Origin: an uncultured Rhodothermales bacterium
GTDB lineage: Bacteria; Bacteroidota; Rhodothermia; Rhodothermales; UBA10348
DNA length: 41,681 nucleotides
Assembly (NCBI GenBank): GCA_964466675.1
Contig: CAYXSE010000004.1
Location: 1 to 41,681 of the forward strand
Reading direction: 5' to 3'
The stretch's first letter is position 1. Each line of letters begins with the position of its first letter. Position numbers and translations under genes: made by a program. Below the pieces are notes generated by a model. That model was given only the letters and a program-made list of their open reading frames with translations. It was not told the DNA's origin and made no database searches. This document shows, piece by piece, positions 1-8,391 of this stretch.

Positions 1-794
<794 letters not shown>

Positions 795-833
795 TTATCG
801 ATGGTGGGACGGCGGTTGTCACCGCCGGGATCA

Positions 834-1121
834 TTAGCTGACGATTCCGAGAATGTCGGTTTCGCGCATGATCAGCAGATCGTCGCTGTCCAGCTCGATC
901 TCGGTGCCGGAGTACTTTCCGTAGAGGACGGTATCACCTTCCTTCACGGTCATATCGATCTTGTTACCGTTCTCGATCCGGCCTGGGCCGACGGCAACGA
1001 TGGTGCCTTTCTGGGGCTTCTCCTTGGCGGTGTCTGGGATGAAAAGTCCGCTGGCCGTTTTTTCCTCGGCTGCTTGGGGCTTGACCACCACGCGATCGCC
1101 AAGAGGCTTGATTCCTGCCAT
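834..1121 (-). CDS. groES: Co-chaperonin GroES (Cpn10)
   Basis: 95-aa [51 protein letters not shown]...[23 protein letters not shown] with a typical Cpn10 sequence and length. It lies 60 nt upstream of groEL on the same strand. Confidence 0.95.
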   Translation of the reverse strand: MAGIKPLGDRVVVKPQAAEEKTASGLFIPDTAKEKPQKGTIVAVGPGRIENGNKIDMTVKEGDTVLYGKYSGTEIELDSDDLLIMRETDILGIVS

Positions 1122-1163
1122 TGCAAGTACCTCGTTATTGAATGTAGATGTGATAATTCAAAG

Positions 1164-1190
1164 TTGTCACTCTCCCATGGGGAGTGCCAA
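1164..1190 (-). promoter_or_regulatory. CIRCE-like inverted repeat (HrcA operator), proximal copy
   Basis: TTGTCACTC-tcccatggg-GAGTGCCAA, against the CIRCE consensus TTAGCACTC-N9-GAGTGCTAA. It lies 43 nt upstream of the groES start on the groES side. Confidence 0.75.
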
Positions 1191-1199
1191 CGACATGGC

Positions 1200-1226
1200 G
1201 TGGCACTCGTGGCGAGAGAGTGCTAT
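1200..1226 (-). promoter_or_regulatory. CIRCE-like inverted repeat (HrcA operator), distal copy
   Basis: GTGGCACTC-gtggcgaga-GAGTGCTAT, with 9-nt arms and a 9-nt spacer. It is separated from the first copy by 9 nt. Confidence 0.7.
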
Positions 1227-1398
1227 TTACTGGGCTCCGGCGGCCGAGTTCCTAGTACCGAACCCCCAGGATGCGGTCAGGGAGGGTTATAGGGTTAAAG
1301 GTTGGTGAACCTGTCCGGGTCTGCCGAACCCGGCCTTGCAACCCTTACCGCCAGTGTACCGTAAACTCGACGCACCACAACCGGACCATTCTTGATCC

Positions 1399-1467
1399 CA
1401 ATCCTCCCAAACGTGCCAATCCTCCCAAACGTGCCAATCCTCCCAAACGTGGCAGTCCTCCCAGAAC
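1399..1467 (+). repeat. 18-bp tandem repeat, about 3.8 copies (caatcctcccaaacgtgc)
   Basis: Units at 1399-1416 and 1417-1434 are identical. The unit at 1435-1452 has 1 change. A degenerate partial copy (cagtcctcccagaac) occupies 1453-1467. The array is intergenic between the groES control region and the DUF2085 gene and ends at that gene's putative TTG start. Confidence 0.9.
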
Positions 1468-1926
1468 TTGACTGACGGCCCTCTCCGGCTGGGCTGGACT
1501 CTCGCGCTGTTCGTAGGATTGTGCCTGGTAGCCGCGGCTACGCTCCCTCCCTTTGTTGGAGAAGGAGTCCGTGAGTACCTCATGCACGCCTTCACAACGG
1601 TGTGCCATCAACTACCGGACAGGTCGCCGAGTGTGGGCGGAATACCGTTGGCAGTATGCCACCGATGCTACGGGATCTATTGGGGTATCCCCGTAGCCAG
1701 TTTCGCCTACCTGGCTCTCCGTGGTCGCGGACCAATCCCAAGGAAGATTGCGCCCTACGTCCTGGTCGCGTCCCTGATTCCGATCGTCATCGACTGGAGC
1801 GGAGACGTCCTTGGAATTTGGGCCAACACTCCGGTCAGCCGCATGATCACGGGCCTGGTCTTCGGCGTCGTTGCGGGCCATTTTTTCGTCACCGCGATGG
1901 TGGATGCGTTTCCACGGAAGGAATGA
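1468..1926 (+). CDS. DUF2085-family integral membrane protein
   Basis: 152-aa ORF with the family's paired Cys motifs (VCHQLPDRS ... AVCHRCYGIYWG) and several hydrophobic helices. The start is a TTG and is uncertain. Confidence 0.65.
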   Translation: MTDGPLRLGWTLALFVGLCLVAAATLPPFVGEGVREYLMHAFTTVCHQLPDRSPSVGGIPLAVCHRCYGIYWGIPVASFAYLALRGRGPIPRKIAPYVLVASLIPIVIDWSGDVLGIWANTPVSRMITGLVFGVVAGHFFVTAMVDAFPRKE

Positions 1927-2007
1927 CCAAGCCGGGTCCGGGTCCGGGGCTATTTCTTTTTCTCCTGTCGTCTCCTATCATCACTTCCAATCATCCCATT
2001 CCCTGCC

Positions 2008-2478
2008 ATGCCCAGTAAACAGCAATCAATTATTCTTGGTGGAGTCGTGGTTGGACTCCTGAGTACCTCCTACCTGGGCATGATCAATATTCTCTGTTGT
2101 GCGGGAGTGCTGGCAGGGACCATGGTGGCGGTGTGGCACTACACCACAACCAACGAGCTTACGATGTCCACCGGCCAAGGGGCCGTGTTGGGATTGATGG
2201 CAGGAGTGGTTGGTTTCGGGATTTCGTTCGTCTTGAATTACATGTTCATCTCGATGGGCGTGAGATCAGACCTGGCCATCTCCCAGTTCATTGTCGAACG
2301 GTTGGGCGACAGCATGCCGCCAGAAACCCTGGATCAGATGCTGGACGAAATGGCAAAGGAGATCACCTTTGTCAGCTACACGATGAGCGCCATGTGGGGT
2401 CTCGTGATCACGTCCGTTTTTGCTCTGATTGGAGGCTCGATCGGCGCCGCCATTTTCAAGAAAGGCACCGAAGAGTAG
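2008..2478 (+). CDS. Hypothetical multi-pass membrane protein
   Basis: 156-aa ORF with an ATG start and about four hydrophobic segments (IILGGVVVGLL, ILCCAGVLAGTMVAVW, AVLGLMAGVVGFGISFVL, MWGLVITSVFALIGGSIGAAIF). No family recognised. Confidence 0.55.
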   Translation: MPSKQQSIILGGVVVGLLSTSYLGMINILCCAGVLAGTMVAVWHYTTTNELTMSTGQGAVLGLMAGVVGFGISFVLNYMFISMGVRSDLAISQFIVERLGDSMPPETLDQMLDEMAKEITFVSYTMSAMWGLVITSVFALIGGSIGAAIFKKGTEE

Positions 2479-2509
2479 TCGGATTCCGAGCGAAAGCGCG
2501 GCTCAAAGG

Positions 2510-3232
2510 CTAACGGTTTCGCGGGTCCGTGTACGGGGTCTTGGATCTCGGCGAGCCGAGGATCATAGACACCACAATGGCTCTCCGGAGTGAGTCGGGG
2601 GTCGCGAGCAGGCTACGTTTCGTGGTCGCCCCGCGACCCTTGGCTTGCACGCTCGGGGTGTCCGAGTGTGAATGCCCTAGAAGAGGGTCGCCGAAATCGG
2701 CGACGTCGTGTCGAAAGGCTTCTTCGGTCTGGTGGAAACGTTTGGCGGCGGCATCAGGAGATTTCCCGCTGATGGCAACCTTGGTCGAGCCATCGGCATT
2801 CCACTTGCCGGCGGACTTCCATTCTCTCTTCTTGTCTTCGAACAACTGTTCGGAGTCGGGCCGCCCGGTCAAGACGCGATGGAATTCATCGCTGGCAGAG
2901 GTCGTGGTCTCGCCGGCCGAGCGCGGCGGCGGTGAGGCTCGTGCCGGCCTGGGCGTGGGTTGTGCCTGCCTGGGCGTGGGTTGTGCCTGCGGCGGCGCAG
3001 GCGATGGACGCGGAGCCGCGTCGGCATCCGGTGTACCCATGCCGAGCGCTTGGCGAATTTCGTCCAGCGCCGTCTCAAGCTCCATGGGTCCCGCCTCTGG
3101 AGCCTCGTCTGGCGAAACACCCTCGCCTTGTGCTTGCCGCGCAGCAGCCTCTCGTGCCTTCCGTTTCTTGGCCAGCGCGTTCAGAAGCGACACCAGACCG
3201 AAGGCGATGAGCACAATTATCTGGAAGTCCAC
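2510..3232 (-). CDS. Hypothetical membrane-anchored Pro/Ala-rich protein
   Basis: 240-aa ORF with a GTG start. It has an N-terminal TM helix (DFQIIVLIAFGLVSLLNAL followed by KKRK), then a low-complexity Pro-rich region with a QAQPTPR duplication. It lies downstream of mutY on the same strand. The competing + ORF 2529..3338 looks like an antisense shadow. Confidence 0.5.
   Translation of the reverse strand: MDFQIIVLIAFGLVSLLNALAKKRKAREAAARQAQGEGVSPDEAPEAGPMELETALDEIRQALGMGTPDADAAPRPSPAPPQAQPTPRQAQPTPRPARASPPPRSAGETTTSASDEFHRVLTGRPDSEQLFEDKKREWKSAGKWNADGSTKVAISGKSPDAAAKRFHQTEEAFRHDVADFGDPLLGHSHSDTPSVQAKGRGATTKRSLLATPDSLRRAIVVSMILGSPRSKTPYTDPRNR
2948..2989. repeat. 21-bp perfect tandem duplication (cctgggcgtgggttgtgcctg x2)
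   Basis: Two identical units at 2948-2968 and 2969-2989. The duplication is in frame and encodes the QAQPTPR-QAQPTPR repeat of the minus-strand ORF. Confidence 0.9.
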
Positions 3233-3300
3233 GTCGATCAGGTGTTCAAGTGAGTCGGAGGCCGTGGTAGCGCGAATGCGCGGCCGATCCCAAGATACAG

Positions 3301-4395
3301 TTACCGGGTCCGCTCGCCACCCTCCAGAAGTTCGATGAGACGCCTATTGGCTCTGGGAAAAGCAAATTCGCCCATTTTTTCCGGGGATACCCATCGGAAT
3401 GGTTGTCCTTGACGGGCGCGGACCTCCCCGCCTATCCAATCACACTCAAACGCGGACATCTGGATGCGAAAATGTGAATACGCATGCTTGATGATGGCCA
3501 GCTGTCGGGTCACCCTTACTTCGATGCCCAGCTCTTCACGCACCTCCCTGATGCACGCGTCGCGAGGGGTCTCGTTCTCGAGGCACTTTCCGCCCGGGAA
3601 TTCCCACAGTCCGCCGAGTAGGCCCTTGGGCGCGCGCCGCTGAATCAACATGCACCCGTCCCCTCTGGCGATGACGCCGACGGCTACGCGAACAAGCGGG
3701 GGGCGTTTCTTGGGCTGCTTGACCGGGTACCGATCCTGTGAGCCGGAACGTTTGGCCAGGCAGCCAGCGGCCACAGGGCACGCTCCACAAACCGGGGAGC
3801 GCGGGGTGCAAATCGTAGCACCCAACTCCATAATCGCCTCATTATGTGGTCCCGGGCGGTCCGGGTCGAGGAGTTCCTGGGCCCGGGCCCGAAGTAAACG
3901 ACGCACCGGAGACCGGCCCACATCATCCGGAAGGGTGTCATACCGAGCCAGAACACGGATCACGTTTCCGTCCAGCACCGCCTCCGGAAGTCCAAACGAC
4001 AACGAGCCTATCGCAGACGCGGTATAGTCTCCGACTCCCGGCATCTGACGCAGCCCATCATAGGAGGAAGGCAACAGGCCACCGTTGTCCCGGACAATCC
4101 ACTTCGCCGCCCGATGGAGATTTCGGGCTCGCGAATAGTACCCGAGGCCTTCCCATTCGAGAAGCACTTCATCCAGGTTCGCGGCCGCAAGGTCCTGAAC
4201 CGATGGAAAGGCAGCCATGAATCGGCGGTAATACGGAATCGCCTGGTCGACCCGGGTCTGCTGGAGCAAAACTTCTGAAATCCACGTTGTATAGGGGTCG
4301 TTCTGACCTCGCCAGGGGAGTTCCCGCGCGGCACCTTCGAACCAGGTACCAAGCCGGTGGCGGAACTCGGAGATGGAGAGCCCGCGTTCCGACAT
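3301..4395 (-). CDS. mutY: A/G-specific adenine DNA glycosylase MutY
   Basis: LPWRGQNDPYTTWISEVLLQQTRVDQAIPYYRRF, an HhH-GPD segment (MPGVGDYTASAI), a 4Fe-4S loop (CTPRSPVCGACPVAAGC) and a C-terminal NUDIX-like domain (GLWEFPGGK...EVREELG). Confidence 0.9.
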   Translation of the reverse strand: MSERGLSISEFRHRLGTWFEGAARELPWRGQNDPYTTWISEVLLQQTRVDQAIPYYRRFMAAFPSVQDLAAANLDEVLLEWEGLGYYSRARNLHRAAKWIVRDNGGLLPSSYDGLRQMPGVGDYTASAIGSLSFGLPEAVLDGNVIRVLARYDTLPDDVGRSPVRRLLRARAQELLDPDRPGPHNEAIMELGATICTPRSPVCGACPVAAGCLAKRSGSQDRYPVKQPKKRPPLVRVAVGVIARGDGCMLIQRRAPKGLLGGLWEFPGGKCLENETPRDACIREVREELGIEVRVTRQLAIIKHAYSHFRIQMSAFECDWIGGEVRARQGQPFRWVSPEKMGEFAFPRANRRLIELLEGGERTR

Positions 4396-4398
4396 GGA

Positions 4399-4770
4399 TC
4401 ACAGATCCGAACCGCCTACGAACACGCGTACATACACCGCTTCTGAACCGCCTGACTTCAACTCGGCCTCAAACACAAAACGGTAATTACCTTCCGCATC
4501 AGCAGGCGTGCGCCAGAAGAAGGACCGGTCTCTCAACCATCCCAATGCAGGAATCCTCAAAGCCTCATAAGTCAGCACCGAGTCTCCGCGGAGCGTTTCC
4601 GGTAGAGCGCGGATGAACACGGTACCGGCGGCAATGGAATCCACGACCGTGGTATCCGGCTCGTTCGGCCCGAGGTCCTTGCCTGGCGGTGGAGGTGAGG
4701 GCGAGGCCGCAACCAAAAGCAATACCAGCCAGGTCGCCATAGCCAGCGACAGCACGTTGATAACTCGCAT
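4399..4770 (-). CDS. Hypothetical exported or anchored protein
   Basis: ORF 4399..4824. The likely start is the internal ATG at 4770, which gives MRVINVLSLAMATWLVLLLVAASPSPPPPGK (signal/anchor-like). It ends 4 nt before mutY on the same strand. No family recognised. Confidence 0.4.
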   Translation of the reverse strand: MRVINVLSLAMATWLVLLLVAASPSPPPPGKDLGPNEPDTTVVDSIAAGTVFIRALPETLRGDSVLTYEALRIPALGWLRDRSFFWRTPADAEGNYRFVFEAELKSGGSEAVYVRVFVGGSDL

Positions 4771-4807
4771 TCGGATACTCGGGGTTCTGGGAGAATCAAT
4801 ATACGAG

Positions 4808-6526
4808 TTGGTCTCCAGGAGCACGACGGCCGTCGTCCGCCGCCGCCGCGGCCTCAGGCTGGTATCGACACTCCTGCTGATGCTCTACAGTGCGACCGGG
4901 ATCGCGCATGCTCAAGCGTGGCGGGTTGCCTTCGGGGACTCAACAGCATCGTGGCCGGTGGGGGTCGAGTCGGGAGATGTATTGGGCCTGAACGCGTACT
5001 ACCAGAGCCTGGGTTATTTCTTTGCACACGTCGACTCCGTTTCCAGAGACTCCTCCGAGCCGGCCGTCCACATGGCTCTCGGCATCCGAAGCGCGGTTCA
5101 ATCAGTGAGTGTGGAGGGACCTGGGCCGGATAGACGCTCGGAAGTGGAGTCGATTCTTGGGAGCATCTCGGGCCAATACCTGGCGCCGGGGCTTGTGGAC
5201 AGCGTCGCGATTCAGACGCTCGAACTGTACGAGGAGAATGGTCTTATTGGCACTGTGGTCGAACTGGATTCGGTAGCGGTAGGGAAATCAGGGCTCCATG
5301 TCGCCTTCAGAGTCCGCGAAGGCAGTCGCCCGGTCTTGCTCGGGCTAATCGTCGGTGGACGGACTCGGGCGTCCACGCGATTCCTGGAGAGGGTCACCGG
5401 GCTTTCACCTGGCCGGAGGCTGACGTCCTTTAGGCCGGGCGAGATCTCCAAGGATCTTCGGGATACGGGTCTATTCGATTCCATGGCAAAGCCGGTCTTG
5501 CTGCCATCAACAGACTCAACCGCCATCGTGCAGCTCGTTCTCGAGGATCGCGCCCCCGGCTCGTTCGATTTCGCCCTGGGCTACCTCCCGCCGTCCGGGA
5601 GTCGGCCGGGCACGGTGGTCGGCAGTGGCAACCTGCTGCTTCGCAATCTGTTTGGAGGCGGCCGCTCCATATCGGTGGAACTGGACCGGCTTCCCGGCCA
5701 AACGAGCAGCCTCAAAGCGCACTTCGCCGATCCGTTCGTACTGGGGCTGGACGCTGGAGCCGAGGCGACCTTCTTCGGCTACCAGCAGGATTCCACCTAC
5801 AGCAAGCAACAATATGAAATCGGCCTGTCCTTCAAGCTGAAACAATCCGTCGTGACTGCCCACGCTGTCTCAGAGGTTTCCCGTCCGGGCACCGCAGGGG
5901 TGAGGTTGGAGAACGGTCAGCAACTCATCCCCAACTCCCGCGCACGGTTGGGAGGGTTGGGATTCAGGTTTGGTTCGCTAGGCGATGACACCGCCGTTGG
6001 CTCCGGAGTCTGGGCCGATATCCGTGTCCTCCGCGGCCGGAAGACTTTCCGGTCCGGGCAGCTCCAATCTGGAGACACCCTCCGCGTGGAGCGACAGGTG
6101 GCCCAGGATCGGATCGAAGCTTCTCTCCGCTGGCGGAAACCCCTGAATTCCTCATCGTGGCTGGTGTTCGGACTTGACCTCAACAGTATCGTCAGTGATG
6201 CGATCGACCCCAGTGATCTATATCGACTGGGAGGGGCCAAGACGCTCCGAGGGTACGATGAGGATCGCTTTCGGGGCGAAACCGTTAGTCGCGCGTTGTT
6301 CGAACTCCGTCGTGTGATTCAGAGCGGATCGGTTGCGTATGGCTTCTTGGACGTGGGAGTGGTTGGAGATTCCAGCGCGGAGGAGCGTTGGGCCGTTTAC
6401 CCGGGATTCGGGATCGGGCTTGTCCTGGAGTCGGCCGCCGGTCTTATCAATGTCAGCTACGGAATGAATCTGGAAGATGGCCCGCTGGCGGGCCGTGTCC
6501 ATCTGGGATTGGCGTTCGGGCTATGA
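4808..6526 (+). CDS. Omp85-family (BamA/TamA-like, surface antigen D15) outer-membrane beta-barrel protein
   Basis: The ORF track gives 4613..6526, but its 5' part overlaps the divergent gene. A TTG at 4808 gives a signal peptide (RRRRGLRLVSTLLLMLYSATGIAHA/QA). POTRA-like N-terminal repeats are followed by a Gly/aromatic-rich barrel (LRGYDEDRFRG, GFGIGLVLESAAGLINVSYG). The start is uncertain. Confidence 0.7.
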   Translation: MVSRSTTAVVRRRRGLRLVSTLLLMLYSATGIAHAQAWRVAFGDSTASWPVGVESGDVLGLNAYYQSLGYFFAHVDSVSRDSSEPAVHMALGIRSAVQSVSVEGPGPDRRSEVESILGSISGQYLAPGLVDSVAIQTLELYEENGLIGTVVELDSVAVGKSGLHVAFRVREGSRPVLLGLIVGGRTRASTRFLERVTGLSPGRRLTSFRPGEISKDLRDTGLFDSMAKPVLLPSTDSTAIVQLVLEDRAPGSFDFALGYLPPSGSRPGTVVGSGNLLLRNLFGGGRSISVELDRLPGQTSSLKAHFADPFVLGLDAGAEATFFGYQQDSTYSKQQYEIGLSFKLKQSVVTAHAVSEVSRPGTAGVRLENGQQLIPNSRARLGGLGFRFGSLGDDTAVGSGVWADIRVLRGRKTFRSGQLQSGDTLRVERQVAQDRIEASLRWRKPLNSSSWLVFGLDLNSIVSDAIDPSDLYRLGGAKTLRGYDEDRFRGETVSRALFELRRVIQSGSVAYGFLDVGVVGDSSAEERWAVYPGFGIGLVLESAAGLINVSYGMNLEDGPLAGRVHLGLAFGL

Positions 6527-7302
6527 TGACGAAACACACGTTTTACGTTCCTCCCGAATCCATCCAGGGCGAAGTAGTGGCTTTTTCAGCCACCGACTCG
6601 AACCACGCAACCCGAGTGCTGCGGCTGGAGATCGGCGCCGTGGTGACAGTCGTGGATGGGCGGGGGACGCGCATGCACGTGAAATTGATGGAGGTCTCCA
6701 GGAAGCGCGTGTTGGCCGTTATCCAGGAGAGCTGGAAGGAAGCACCCTCCCTTCCAGCCGAGGTCGTGGTCGCGGCTGCTTTGTTAAAGAGTGCGAGCCG
6801 CTACGAGACCATGCTTGAGAAGGTGGCGGAGATCGGAGCGAGGACCATCGTACCTCTGATCACAGACCGGACCGAAAAGTCCAAGTTTCGAGCAGATCGG
6901 GGCCACACGATTCTTGTAGGTGCCATGAAACAATGTGGAAGCTCGTTCCTAACTCGGCTGGATCCGCCCGCGACGTTCGCGGATTTCGTTTCGAAGGATC
7001 CCGCCAACGCGGTGCGCCTGGCTTGTCACGAAGGTGCCGATCCTGCCAGGACTGTGGCCTCGGCCCTCAAGGGACAGGCCCCCGATCGCGGCGTTATCTT
7101 GCTGATCGGGCCAGAGGGTGGCTTCACCGATCGTGAGATGGAGTCGGCAGCGAGGTCAGGCTTCGGTCCGGTTTCGCTGGGCCGGGCTAGGCTCCGAGCG
7201 GAAACGGCGGCAATCGTCGCTGTCGGGGCGATCTCGCAACTAAGGATCTCCCAACGCAAAATCTCCCAACTCAAGATCTCCCAACTCAAAGGGCCGGCCT
7301 GA
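6523..7302 (+). CDS. rsmE: 16S rRNA (uracil1498-N3)-methyltransferase RsmE, with a repeat-encoded C-terminal tail
   Basis: MMTKHTFYVPPESI...ATRVLRLEIGAVVTVVDGRG and the SPOUT knot region LLIGPEGGFTDREMESA...VSLGRARLRAETAAI. The ATG at 6523 overlaps the upstream stop (ATGA). The track's upstream extension to 6388 overlaps the Omp85 gene and was rejected. Confidence 0.85.
   Translation: MMTKHTFYVPPESIQGEVVAFSATDSNHATRVLRLEIGAVVTVVDGRGTRMHVKLMEVSRKRVLAVIQESWKEAPSLPAEVVVAAALLKSASRYETMLEKVAEIGARTIVPLITDRTEKSKFRADRGHTILVGAMKQCGSSFLTRLDPPATFADFVSKDPANAVRLACHEGADPARTVASALKGQAPDRGVILLIGPEGGFTDREMESAARSGFGPVSLGRARLRAETAAIVAVGAISQLRISQRKISQLKISQLKGPA
7231..7290 (+). repeat. 15-bp tandem repeat x4 (atctcccaactcaag family)
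   Basis: Units at 7231-7245, 7246-7260, 7261-7275 and 7276-7290. The repeat is in frame and encodes ISQLR-ISQRK-ISQLK-ISQLK at the extreme C-terminus of RsmE. Confidence 0.9.
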
Positions 7303-7836
7303 GTGGAACAGACACTTTCATCCCGAAAAGTTTTCTCGGGGAAACTCCTCCAAGTCCGTCGTGATGTGGTGCGCCTCCAGGATGGCCAGGAGACCGTTCG
7401 CGAATGGATAGACCATCCCGGCGCCTCGGCCGTCGTGCCGCTGCTCCCGGACGGCAGAGTCATCATGGTGAGGCAGTACAGGTATGGCCCCGGCAGGTCG
7501 TTTCTTGAGATTCCCGCAGGCAAGTTCGATGGTAACGAGGAGGACGCCGAAGCGGTTGCCCGGAGAGAGCTGGAGGAGGAGACAGGGTATCGGGCTGGAA
7601 CGATGACTCTCCTGGGCTCGCAGTACAATGCCATTGGATACAGCAACGAGGTCATCCACCTGTTCCTTGCATCGGAATTGTCAATGAGGGTCCAAAAACT
7701 GGACCAAGGGGAGTTTCTGACCGTAGAGCTGCACCCGTTTTCTGAAATGCTCAGGCAGGCAAGAGCCGGCGAACTTCAGGATATGAAGACAGTCTCAGCA
7801 CTGCTGATGGCAGAATCCGTCGTAAACCAGAAGTGA
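7303..7836 (+). CDS. NUDIX hydrolase (ADP-ribose pyrophosphatase-like)
   Basis: NUDIX box GKFDGNEEDAEAVARRELEEETGY. The GTG start immediately follows the rsmE stop. The N-terminus (FSGKLLQVRRDVVRLQDG) is typical of the NudF type. Confidence 0.85.
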   Translation: MEQTLSSRKVFSGKLLQVRRDVVRLQDGQETVREWIDHPGASAVVPLLPDGRVIMVRQYRYGPGRSFLEIPAGKFDGNEEDAEAVARRELEEETGYRAGTMTLLGSQYNAIGYSNEVIHLFLASELSMRVQKLDQGEFLTVELHPFSEMLRQARAGELQDMKTVSALLMAESVVNQK

Positions 7837-7926
7837 CGATTCACAGTCGCTGCACCTCAGGTCGTTCCTAACTGGGGACGCGTTCGTTATCTTGGCGGGC
7901 TGAATCCTGGAGAATCCCGCGCTGAT

Positions 7927-8322
7927 ATGTTTGCCTTTCTTATAGTCCTCATCGGAGTCATCGGCATCTTGATGACCCTCTCCGTCTTGCTTCAAAGCGG
8001 AAAAGGCGGCGGCCTGGCCGGTATTGCCTCGGGTGGTGCGACCACTCAGATTCTTGGGAGCAGGCAGGCGCCGGATTTCCTGGAGAAAGCTACTTGGATC
8101 CTTGCGACTGCGTTTATCGCGCTCTGCATCATGACGAACTTCGCGATAGACCCGGCGGCGCGCGAGAGCGTGATTCAACAGCAGCTCGAGATGTCGGCGC
8201 CGGCTACGTTGCCACCACCGACCGTTCCGGCACCCGCCACGGACGGCTCCGATGGTGCAGTGCCAGCTTCGGAAGGGCCAGCTTCGGAAGGGTCAGGCAC
8301 GGACGGCGGATCGAGCAACTAG
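7927..8322 (+). CDS. secG: Preprotein translocase subunit SecG with a low-complexity C-terminal extension
   Basis: MFAFLIVLIGVIGILMTLSVLLQSGKGGGLAGIASGG...FLEKATWILATAFIALCI is the SecG signature. An Ala/Pro/Ser/Gly tail follows and contains the PASEG duplication. Confidence 0.85.
   Translation: MFAFLIVLIGVIGILMTLSVLLQSGKGGGLAGIASGGATTQILGSRQAPDFLEKATWILATAFIALCIMTNFAIDPAARESVIQQQLEMSAPATLPPPTVPAPATDGSDGAVPASEGPASEGSGTDGGSSN
8263..8292 (+). repeat. 15-bp perfect tandem duplication (ccagcttcggaaggg x2)
   Basis: Units at 8263-8277 and 8278-8292, encoding PASEG-PASEG in the SecG tail. Confidence 0.9.
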
Positions 8323-8353
8323 GCGCAAGATGGTCAACTAGGCGCAAAATGGT
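8316..8353 (+). repeat. 19-bp tandem duplication (caactaggcgcaagatggt / caactaggcgcaaaatggt)
   Basis: Units at 8316-8334 and 8335-8353 with 1 mismatch. The first unit contains the secG stop codon (tag, 8320-8322). Confidence 0.9.
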
Positions 8354-8355
8354 GA

Positions 8356-8379
8356 GGGACGCTTCGTCGGAAGCGCCCC
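8356..8379. terminator. GC-rich hairpin between the convergent secG and rnpB 3' ends (possible bidirectional terminator)
   Basis: gggacgcttc-gtcg-gaagcgcccc: a 10-bp stem with one mismatch and a 4-nt loop. There is no flanking U-tract on either strand, so the assignment is weak. Confidence 0.3.
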
Positions 8380-8391
8380 CCATGGTCGCGG

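Noticed and set aside
1399-1467. Possibility that the direct-repeat arrays (here, and at 7231-7290 and 20668-20784) are CRISPR arrays
   Set aside because: The units are head-to-tail with no unique spacers. They are far shorter than CRISPR repeats, and no cas genes are present.
1271-1471. 66-aa ORF encoding PPKRAN-PPKRAN-PPKRGS
   Set aside because: It is created by the 18-bp tandem repeat. It is out of frame with the downstream DUF2085 gene and overlaps the groES regulatory region. There is no evidence that it is a gene or a frameshifted N-terminus.
1927-2007. ccgggt hexamer reiteration (ccgggtccgggtccgggg) and a pyrimidine-rich tract between the two membrane-protein genes
   Set aside because: Only ~2.5 copies of a 6-mer in a short intergenic spacer. 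That is too little to distinguish from chance in GC-rich DNA.
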